Assembly: GCA_977017575.1 (NCBI GenBank)
Contig: CDRNVI010000167.1
Location: 1-64,000 of the forward strand
DNA from: Paramoeba atlantica
Taxonomy: Eukaryota; Protista; Discosea
DNA: 64,000 nt
Reading direction: 5' to 3'
The notes below the pieces were generated by a model that ran no database searches, was not told the origin of the DNA, and saw only the letters and a program-made list of their open reading frames with translations. Made by a program: the position numbers and the translations under genes. The first letter of the stretch is position 1. Every line of letters starts with the position of its first letter. Below are positions 54,111 through 64,000 of this stretch, one piece after another.

Positions 54111-57100
54111 ATTGAATTGTTGTTGTTTTTCTGTTTCAAGTTATCCAGAAAAAGAAATGTTTTGAATTAAAAACAAAACCTGAGGGTGGCTGATTGTGTT
54201 TGTTGTCGTTCATGAGGGGTGTGGCGAGAAGGAACACCAATCACACAAACAAACAAAAAAAAAGAAATCACCGAAAGAACAACCAACAAAAAAAAAAGGA
54301 GTGCCCCAGCGGTTTTGAACCGTTTTTTTTTCGGTGAAATCCAATTTTTTTGTTTTGCATTTTTTGGGAGGAAGAGAGAAGAGAAGAGAAGAGAAGAGGA
54401 GAGGAGAGAGGAGAGAGGAGAGAGGAGAGAGGAGAGAGGAGAGAGAAGAGAGGAGAGGAGAGAGGAGAGAAGAGAGGAGAGGAGAGAAGAGAGAAGAGAG
54501 AAGAGAGAAGAGAGAAGAGAGAAGAGAGAAGAGAAGAGAGAAGAGAAGATATCAGCTTGGAGAGAGGAGCAACAACACATGCGCCGGAGCACCTGAAATC
54601 CAGGATACCCTTTTGACCAACTCATTAATGAGCTTCTCTTTCACCCCCACCCCTCCCTCAACTCTCTGTCCCTCCTTTCTTGCTGTTCTCAGAAAAAGTA
54701 TTCTCCTCTCCTCTCTTCTTCCTTTCTCTTCTTCCTTTCTCTTCTTCCTTTCTCTTTCCTCTTTTTCTTTCCTTTTTTTCTTTCCTCTTTTTCTTTCCTC
54801 CTCTTTTTCTTTCCTCCTCTTTTTCTTTCCTCCTCTTTTTCTTTCCTCTTCTTTTTCTTTCCTCTTCTTTTTCTTTCTCTTTTTCTTTCCTCTTCTTTTT
54901 CTTTTCTTTTTTTTTGGCTTTTGCTCTTTTCTTTCCTTTTTTTTTTCTCATTCTTTCTCTTCTCTCTTTCCCTTTCTTTTTCTTTCTTTCTTTTTCTTTC
55001 TTTCTTTTCTCTTTCCTCTTTTTAAAATGGGAAATACAAAAAAAAGAATAAAAGCTTTCTCCTCCTTCACATTCTTTGTCTGTTAAGAAGTATCTCATAA
55101 GATATATAGATGGTTGTTGTATCGATTTTATAGAGTATAAAAAGAACCCTTTCATCAAACAAATTCTCATCAGAGAAAATCCATCCAAAGAGACATTCAG
55201 AAAAAGAAAAGAAAGAAAAGAAAGAATGAGAGGAAAAACAAAGGAAGAAAAAGGGAAAAAAGGTGAAGAGAGGGGGAAATGATATGAAAAAGAAAAGAAA
55301 AAAAGAAAAAAGAAAGAGAAGGAAAAAGGAGAAGGAGAAAAAAATAAAGAGGGAGATCTATGGTTCTTGGATGAGAAGAAAAACTGAAAAAAAAACAAAA
55401 GAGAACAAAAGAAAGAAAAGAAAAGAAAGAAAAAGAGAAAAGAGAAAAGAGAAAAGAGAAAAGAGAAAAGAGAAATAAAAAGAGAAATAAAAAGAAATAA
55501 AAAGAGAAAAAAAGAAGAGAAAAAGAGAAAAAGAAAAGAAAGAGAAATAAAGAAATAAAAGAGAAATAAAGAAATAAAAGAGAAATAAAGAAATAAAAGA
55601 GAAATAAAGAAAGAGAAACAAAGAGGTGCAGTGGGGAGACAATCAATACAGAGTTTGGTTTCTTCTTTTTTTCTTTTTTTTTCTTTTCTTTTTTTCTTTT
55701 CTTTTTTTTTTCTTTTTTTTTCTTTTTTTTTCTTTTTTTTTCTTTTTTTTTCTTTTTTTTTCTTTTTTTTTCTTTTTTTTTTCTCTTTTCTCTCTTTTTT
55801 CTTCTTTTTTTCTCTTTTTTTCATATTTCTCTTTTTTCTCCTTCTTTTTTCCCTTTTTTTCTCTTTTTTTTTTTACTTTTTCTCTCTTTTATTTTTCTTT
55901 TTGTTCCTCCTTTTTTCTCTTTTTTTTCTCTTTTTTTCATTTTTCTTTTCATTTCTCTTTTCATTTCTCTTTTCATTTCTCTTTTCATTTCTTTTTTTCT
56001 TTTTTTTCTCTTTCTTTCTTTTTTCTCTTTCTTTCTCTTTTCTCTTTCTTTCTCTTTTTTCTTTTTCTATTTCCCTTTCTACTTCTCTTTTTATTTCTCT
56101 TTTTTATTTCTCTTTTTTCTCTCTTTTTTCCCCTCTTTTTTTCTTTTTTTCCCTTCTCTTTTCTCTTTTTTTTTCCTTTTTTTTCTCTTTTTTTTTCTCT
56201 TTTTTTTCTCTTTTTTTTTTCTCTTTTTTTCTCTTTTTTTCTCTTTTTCTCTTTTTTTTTCTCTCTTTTTTTTCCTCTTTTTTCTCTTTTTTCTTTCTTT
56301 TTATTTCTCTTTTATTTTTTATTTCTCTTTTTTTCTCTTTTTTTCTCTTTTTTCCTTTTTTCTCTTTACTTCTCTTTTTATTCACTTTTTTCTTTTTCTC
56401 TTTCTAATTATTCACATTGATTGTACAAAGGGCATTGTCCTAGCACCCATGGCTCAAGGCTAAAGAAAATGCTCTAATTCAATATGTCTGTACCAATTGA
56501 GGCTTTGGTGCTTCTGCTGGAATCTTCTTCTCTTCCTCATGGGAAAAAAAAGAGAAATAAAAAGAGAAAAAAGGGGAAAAAGACAAAAAAGACCAAAAAA
56601 AAAGAGAAATAAAAGAGAAATAAAGAAGAGAATTAAAAGAGAGAATGTTCGGCTTGAGGAGTTGACAGTGCAAATATCTTTTATTTGTTGGTTTTCTCTG
56701 ATTGTTCAACTTTTCTACCACTTTCTAAATAAAACTTCTTGTCCTCTGTCACATCTCCACCTCCTCTCTTTTTGTTTTTTTATGTGCTTGAAAGTACTCA
56801 AGTGGGAACATCACCTCTGAGTGTTTATTCCAAAAGAAACAGTCAACAAAACAACACAGCCAAACAACAAAAAACCATACTCAAATCCAAAAACAAAAAC
56901 CAAAAACCAAAAACAGAGAAACCAGGAAGGAAAACAGAAACAAAGGAAGAAATCCAAAGCACCCCAGCTAGATGGAAGAGAGAACAAAAGAGAGATCCAA
57001 AGCAAGACAAAAAGGGGAAGGAAAGGACAAAGAGGGAAGCAAGAAGGAACAAAAGCCACACAAAGGCAAGGCAGATGCTCGAAGGCGAGGGAGCCACACC

Positions 57101-57524
57101 ATCTTTGATCTCTTTCGGAGAGCTGCTGGATGAACCCTTGTGTGATGGGTTCCTCAGGGAATTCAACATCACGTATAATTTCATTGAGTTTCATTCCTTC
57201 CAAGTTCCAAGAACTTGCAAAACTTCATTTGGATAATAAACTGAGATCCAGCCCTCCACCCAAGTGCCAATCAGCCCACAAGAGAATCCAATCCTTACCC
57301 AAACACTTCTTCTGCTATCGCATGGTACATCATAAATGACACCAAAACTGTTGAAAAAATATCATTATATTTAATCTTAAGGAGAGAACTAACCCTCAAC
57401 ATCAGCTCACAAACATCTATCCAAATATCTTGATGAGGCTCTTTGATAGAACTGGAAAGCTGAAATCCACTTTGCCTGCCAAGGTTCATTGATTTGAAGG
57501 GGTGTCAGGGATGCCAGAGATGAT

Positions 57525-57967
57525 CAACAGCCCTTGACCATTGTCAGAATGTGGAAAAATATTTCAAGTTATGTTGTGAACATGGTTTTGGTGACCTGTA
57601 AAACTTTTGTGTATCCTCGAAAAATATATCTTCCATATGCGCTGAATTGGGCCAGAACCCTTCTTGTTATGCTTTTAGAAAGCACTGTGTCCCCAAACTT
57701 CTCAAGAGCCAGCTCTGCAATAAAAATCAACCATCCCAAAACAAATACCATCACTTACTATCTTCTCATTGAAGGGATCAGGAAAGCCAGAGATGGCATA
57801 GCGCTTTTTAAAAGCAGAACAGAAGGATTCTGGCAATTGTTTTCTCAATTCAGCACATATGGAAGATGTATTTTTCAAGGATGCTCGCGTTGTACAGGTC
57901 ACTAAAACCATGTTTGCTACAGAACTTGAAGTATTTTTCATATTTTGACAATAGTCAAGGACTGTTG
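57525..57967. repeat. Degenerate fold-back (long inverted repeat), arms ~125-165 bp
   Basis: caacagcccttgaccattgtcagaat..aaaaatatttcaagtt..aacatggttttggtgacctgta..tcttccatatgcgctgaattg matches the reverse complement of 57846-57967 at roughly 80 percent by eye. Confidence 0.85.
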
Positions 57968-58099
57968 GTTCCTAAACTTCTCAAGAGCCAATTTCTTTCT
58001 CCAAACAGGCGGAGTTTGACGACAGGTGGCTGCTAAAGTCACCCAGAGAAGCCAAAAAGAAAACTCTCTCTCAGTTACACAAATTCAAATAATGAACTT

Positions 58100-59060
58100 G
58101 CAGAGTGAAAAACAGATCCAAACAAATTCCAGCCAAAACCAATTGTTTTCTTAAGAGCATACAATTCCACACATCTCTGTGAATGACAGAGCTTCTCTGG
58201 AAAATTTGATGACCTCTCCATTCAACAGAAGCCATTCTACCATACAATACCATATCTGCCAAACAAATTTTTAATAATCAGTAAAAATAAATAAACCTCT
58301 TGATATTGTTAGAACCTCTGAAGCATCGAATATTCCAGTGAGGATTCCAGGGAATACAGGAATGTATCAAAGCAGAAACCAGATCAGAAAAAATAACTTC
58401 TGTAGTGACCTCCAACTTGACAGCAAACCACAGTGACATCTCCTCAAAAAAGAGAAGCACAATCCTATTGTTAACCCAATGTACGAAATAGATCCAATCA
58501 TCCCTCAAAAATACAACACTTTGCTATCCCCACAATAAACTCTTCCTCCAGGAATTTATTCACATGTTGGAGATACATTTCCTCTGCACATTTGTCATCG
58601 ACAACTGCATAGACAAAATCATCAATGTAAAATACTGAACAAAAGTCAACCTCCTCATGGTCCCTCTTGCATAGTTCCAATAAAAAAGCGTTGTTATCCT
58701 TCTCATGACTGAATCTGAATCCCCAGAGGGGTTTGCAGGCTGTGCAGTCTGATATGACCAGAGAAAAGGTTGAGCCAAATACAAGCCAATGTGCTTCAAC
58801 ATTCACCATTTCTTTTCACCCATTGATAGATTGTTGGTGTTACCAAACTCATTAGGTCTGGAATAACAAATGAGTGAGAAGAGATTTGATACATCAAAAG
58901 AAAAGAAGAAAACATCCTGATTACCATTAAAAATGTATTTCTTTTCCTCTGGGGAGAATAAACAAAACGATTTTGGTTTTATCCCCAAACACCCAGGTTC
59001 GCCAAAGCTCATTCTAACATGTTATCAACTATATCAGAGTGTCCATACAAATCAAAGTAG
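58100..59060 (-). mobile_element. Reverse transcriptase relic (DIRS- or Gypsy-like)
   Basis: FFSFDVSNLF (motif A), HWLVFGSTFS..KPL (motif B), CSVFYIDDFVYA at ~58618-58629 (motif C), HVNKFLEEEFIVGIAKC. Confidence 0.6.
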
Positions 59061-60449
59061 ACTCCTTGAACACCCATTGTATCACTTTCAACACCCTCTT
59101 TTCACCATTGTCACTCTTTTCATCCTCTCCAAACACATCCCCTCACAACCCAAACTTTGAAAACAGTCACCTGGAACCCAGGTGCTATTTCTACCCCAAT
59201 CTCCATTCCTTTACACCTTAGTCTCTCCCACGATCACCAAACATTACCAAAGTCATAATTTCGGTCCATTCCCCATGATAATTCTGATCACTCCAACGAT
59301 CTTTATATCCATCACCCCACAGTCATAATAATGGTCACTACCACAAACAAAATCACGTTCACAATCTTGGTAACAAGCTGAGTCATAATCTTTGTCTCTC
59401 TCTCAACCCCATCAACTCTCTTTTGAGTAACTTCCTCTTCTGAAGAAAAATTCTCTTTGGGCACTTTCAAAATATTGCCACAAGCTCTTAGATCTATCAC
59501 CACACACGAGCACTTCTTCTCCGAATTTGAGCAGAAAGACATCGCAGCGAACCACACATATATTTGCACCACAAAAGACTTTGCAGCTCTTTGGACTGTT
59601 GTGGTGGGGGGAACCACACTCACAATGAAGACACAGGAAAAAGGAGAGAAAAAGGAAAGAAACTAAACTCTGGACCAAAACCTTTATAGGAATGACCCCA
59701 GCCAACACAAAACAGAACAAGAAAGCAAACAACAAAGAAAAGAAGGGAAAAAGGGAAAACACAAAACAAAGAGGAGAAGAGGAAGCACACAACAAGAACC
59801 AAGCCAAAACAAAACCAGAGAAAACGGTGTGAAAACGAAATGCGAAAAAAAAACAAAGCACAGAAAGCAAATAAAAAGAGCACTAAAAATCTCGTGCACC
59901 AAACCAGCGCACAGGCTGTCTGTGAAGCTCCTGGCTCATCAGGAAGGCCAAAACCCATGACAAAAGGCATCAGAGAAGCTCTGAGAAGGCTCAGAGAAGC
60001 TCAGGAAAGCTCTAAAAGCTCTGGAAAGTACCACTAATGTGTTGGAGGCAGGTCTCACTCACTCCAACACTGTAACAGATCAGAGAAGTATATTTGGTAT
60101 TGTCACAAAAATAATCAATCACTTCAGTTCGGCCATCTGAATTTCCAATCCTGCATCCACAAGTTCATTTTGCATGATCTGACATCTTTAAAATAAATTA
60201 AAACCAGAGGAGAAGAAAGCAAAGAGGCAAGACAAGAAGTGGATGAGGGGGCAAAATGGGACACAGGAGATGGACAAAAAGCACACACATCATCAGAAGG
60301 AACGCAATATTCTCAAAAGATATCCTTGATCGAAGGATCTGAGCACTTTCCGCACATAAAAAGCTCTCACACCTCATCATGTATCACCATGGTCAAATTC
60401 ATGTAAGCATGGCATGGAAGACCAGCTTGTAGAATTAACAAGGGGACAG

Positions 60450-61042
60450 AAAAAATGGAGAAAGAGAATCAGGACTTGAGAAGGAAAATAGAAGAGAGAG
60501 ACACATATGAGAATGGAAAGGATGAGAAAGTGAAATTTGATTTAGGAGAAATCTTCAATCCCATTGACAGAACAGAAGAAAACGATTCTCTCACACCAAC
60601 TTTAGGAAATCCAAGGATCTCAGAGGTGAGGTGGATGTCATTGAATGAGGTTCAAGGAGATTCCAAAGAAAGTGACAAAGAAATATGAACCCAAGAGCAG
60701 ACCAGAGTAATTCGTAATGCCAATCAGCTCAGCTGGCCAGAAGGCCGAAAATTTCTATGAATTGACAATGTTGATCAGGAAGAAGAGAAGATGGAAGAGG
60801 GAGATCAAGATAAACAAAGGAGGTTTGGAGTTGGCTCAAGAAACTCTACTTCAAAAGGGGAAGAGACCAAAACCAAGGATAATCAAGGGGATAATGATGT
60901 GAGAAGGAGGCTGGAGAAAGTACTCAAGAAGTATGTAAAGGAACAGGAGGAGTTAGGATTCACAGTGGAAGAGGAGATTTCACCAACAGTGGTATCTCCA
61001 GCCTTTGTTGTACCAAAGAAAGAAAGAGGGAAATGGAGATTA
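60450..61042 (+). mobile_element. 5' fragment of another RT (pol) relic, truncated by the LRR duplication
   Basis: YVKEQEELGFTVEEEISPTVVSPAFVVPKKERGKWRL then an abrupt A-rich tract. Confidence 0.55.
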
Positions 61043-61194
61043 AACAAAAGAAAAGGAACAAAGAAAAAAAAAGAAAAGAGGAAAAAGAAAGAAAAGAGGA
61101 AAAAAGAAAAAACAAAGAAAAAGAAGAAAAACAAAGGAAAAAAAAAAGAAAAAAACAAAGAAAAAGAATATAAAAAAAAGAATAAAAAAAGAAC

Positions 61195-61256
61195 CTCGTT
61201 TGGTGGGATCTCAAGTCTCCTTGACTCCCTAACTCCCCGACTCCTCTCTCTCTTTT

Positions 61257-61291
<35 letters not shown>

Positions 61292-61308
61292 TTTTCTCTC
61301 TCTCTCTT

Positions 61309-61342
<34 letters not shown>

Positions 61343-63223
61343 AGCAAGAATTGGATCATCTTCTGGGACATTCAGTCTTGAGGGGTCAAATAGCTTAAAA
61401 ATATCAAAGAAGAAAAAAGAGTTGTTTGAACAAATCAAAAGAACTTTTTAATTTGTTCATAAAACTCCAAAACATCACCACAAAAATCCCTTCAATTGTT
61501 ATGTCTTTCTTGATTTTTGATTATATTATCATCTAACAGAAAAAAGAAAAGAAAGAAAAGTTAGTTTTCCAATTCAAAAAAAACAAAGAAAAACAAAGAA
61601 AAACAAAGAAAAACAAAGAAAAGAAAAAAAACACATCATCACAAAACACCCAACAAAATAAAGGTTTTTGATCTTGAATTGGTGGTGGAAAGAAAAAGAG
61701 AACGAAAAAAAAAGAAAATGAAAAAAGGAAAAGGAAAAAAAAAAGAAAAAAGAAAAAAAAAAAGAAAAAGAAAAAGAAAAAAAAAAAAAAGAAAAAAATA
61801 CATTTGAACAAGATTTGTGAGTTGTCTTATTTCGGTTGGAAGTGGTCTTGTGAATGAATTCTTACTGAAATACCTACAAAGATAGAAGAAAGAAAGAAAA
61901 AAGAAAGAAGAAAGAAAAAAAGAAGAAAAAAAGAAGAGGGAAAGAAAAGAAATAAGAGTTAAAAAGAAAAAAAAGAAAAAGAATAAAAAAAAGAATAAAA
62001 AAAGAATAAAAAATAATAATAAAATAATAATAATAATAAAATAATAAAAATAATAAAAAATAATAAAAAATAATAAATAAAAAAATAAAAAAATAATAAA
62101 AAAATAATAAAATAAAATAAATAAAAAAAAAAATAAAAAACATCCAAGTCAAATTGGAAAGTTGTCCAAATTCAGTCCCCGTGAAATTAGAAACAATGTC
62201 TCTAATAATATTATGAAAAGGAGAGAGAGAAGAGAGAGAGAGGAGAGAGAGAGGAGAGAGAGAGAGAGAGAAGAAAGAGAAAGAGAAAAGAGAGAGAAAG
62301 AAAGAAAAGAAAAAAATCATCAGAACAGAATAATTTATTCAAAAAATAATCAGAAAAAAAAAGAAAAAAAAAAGAAAAAAGAAAAAAGAAAGAAAGAAAG
62401 AAAAAGAAAAAGAAAAAAAGAAAGAAAAAGAAAAAGAAAAACATTTGAGGAAGATCAAAGAGTTGTGCGAATTCAACAGACATTGTCCCTGAAAAGAAAT
62501 TCCCTCCCAGTGATCTGATAAAATCAAAAATAATTTCAATAAAAATGAAAGAAATGAAAAGAAATGAAAGAAGAAAGAAAATGAAAGAAAAATGGGAAAG
62601 AAAGAAATAAAGAAAAAAGAAGAAAGAAAAAAGATTAAAAAAAGAAAGAAAAAGAAAAAGAAAAAAGAAAAAAAAAGAAAAAAAAAAGAAAAAGAAAAAA
62701 GAAAAAAGAAAAAAGAAAAAGAAAAAGAAAAAGAAAAAAAAACAAAAAAGAAAAAAGAAAAAAAAAGAAAAAAAAGAAAAAAAAGAAAGAAAAAAGAAAG
62801 AAAAAAGAAAAAAGAAAAAAAAAAAAGAAAAAGAAAAAATTACAAATCAGTTAAAGAACGAAGTTTTGAAATTTTGTCCAAGATTTTTTCTCCTTTCAGT
62901 TGATTGGCTCCTAAAAACCTTTTGGAAAAGAAAGAAAGAAAAGAGAAAAGAAGAGAAGAGAAGAGAAGAAAAGAGAAAAGGAAAGGAAAGGAAAAGAAAG
63001 AAAAGGAAAAGAAAAAGAAAAGAAAGAAAAGAAAGAAAATGATAGAATTATTAAAAGAATAATAAAAGAAAAGAAAAATAATAAAATAATAAAATAATAA
63101 AATAATAAAATAATAAAATAATAAAATAATAAAATAATAAAATAATAAAATAATAAAATAAAATAAAATAAAATAAAAAATAAAAATAAAAATAAAAATA
63201 AAAAATAAAAATAAAAATAAAAT

Positions 63224-63255
<32 letters not shown>

Positions 63256-63600
63256 ACATGATTTGGACATGATGAAGATGTTCAATTTCTGATGGAACAA
63301 TCCCTCTCAAAGTATTGTCAGAAAGATCTCGAGAGGAGAAGAGAGAGAAGAAAGAAAAAGAGAAAAGAAAAAGAAAAAAGAGAGAGAAAAGTTAAAAGAA
63401 AAAAGAAAAAGAAAAAGAAAAAAGAAAGAAAAAGAAAAAAAAAAGAAAAAAAAAAGAAAAAGAAACAAATAAACATGAGAATTTCGGTTGGGGTCGTCCC
63501 ACTGAGATAGCCTGCCAAAAGCCTTTTTTAACAAAGAATAGAAAGAGAGAGAGAAGAGAGAAGAGAGAAGAGAGAAGAGAGAAGAGAGAAGAGAGAAGAG
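61195..63600. repeat. Segmental duplication of ~28150-30540
   Basis: Collinear blocks (tggtgggatctcaagtctcc, gaattggatcatcttctgggacatt, aaaactccaaaacatcaccacaaaaatcc, all LRR exons) in the same orientation. Confidence 0.9.
61639..63522 (-). CDS. Multi-exon LRR gene, copy B (possibly in frame; 5' part outside the window)
   Basis: Exons 63522-63467, 63327-63258, 62918-62844, 62514-62443, 62201-62142, 61873-61802 (56, 70, 75, 72, 60, 72 nt) can be joined with GT-AG into a stop-free frame (LSDNTLRGIVPSEIEHL, FLGANQLKGEKILDKISKL, SLGGNFFSGTMSVEFAQL, YFSKNSFTRPLPTEIRQL); terminal exon uncertain. Confidence 0.65.
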
Positions 63601-64000
63601 AGAAGAGAGAGAAGAGAGAGAAGAGAGAAGAGAAGAGAGAGAGAAGAGAGAAGAGAGAAGAGAGAAGAGAGAAGAGAGAAGAGAGAAGAGAGAAGAGAGA
63701 GAAGAGAGAGAAGAGAGAAGAGAAGAGAGAAGAGAAGAGAGAAGAGAGAAGAGAGAAGAGAGAAGAGAGAAGAGAAGAGAGAAAGAGAAAGAGGAGAGGA
63801 GAGAATGAGAAAGAGAAGAAGAAGAAGAAGAGAGAAAGAAAAAGAGAAAGAGAAAAGAAAGAGAGAAAAAGGGAAAAAGAAAAAGAAAAAAAAAGAGAAA
63901 AAAGAGAAAAAAAAAAGAGAAAAAAAGGGAAAAAGAAAAAAAGAAAAAAAAAAGAGAAAAAAAGGGAAAAAGAAAAAAAGAAAAAAAGAAAGAAAAAGAA

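Noticed and set aside
56420-56500. HPWLK resembling a kinase C-terminal motif
   Set aside because: It is a single short motif preceded by a stop, with no other kinase subdomains nearby

Overview
AT-rich eukaryotic nuclear DNA, most likely an amoebozoan protist (inferred from a 2.1-kb AT-expanded 18S, ESSDT-type ubiquitin and an actophorin-like ADF; not verified by search). Left part: a compact Harbinger/ISL2EU-like transposon relic, three minus-strand tRNAs (Met, His, Gly) directly downstream of one complete minus-strand rDNA unit (18S-5.8S-28S, ~4515-11350), and a repeat-rich upstream spacer. Middle: a 3-unit polyubiquitin whose first unit carries R74C and whose last unit stops at L73, two identical dispersed 5S genes, tRNA-Arg(TCT) plus a decayed copy, a frameshifted gag-protease-tandem-chromo-like element with no RT/integrase fused head-to-head to an HSP70 3' pseudogene, an LRR pseudogene built of one-repeat exons, a PB1/coiled-coil gene copy, a divergent cofilin, and Gypsy and Copia relics. 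Then an 8.56-kb, essentially invariant 381-bp dimeric satellite (39863-48423). Right part: a gag-only LTR element, the intact PB1 paralog, a fold-back repeat, RT relics and a second LRR gene copy. A 38-42-bp TA-flanked hairpin with copy-specific but still paired stems occurs five times. Most ORFs in the supplied track are poly-K/F artefacts of A/T-rich low-complexity tracts.
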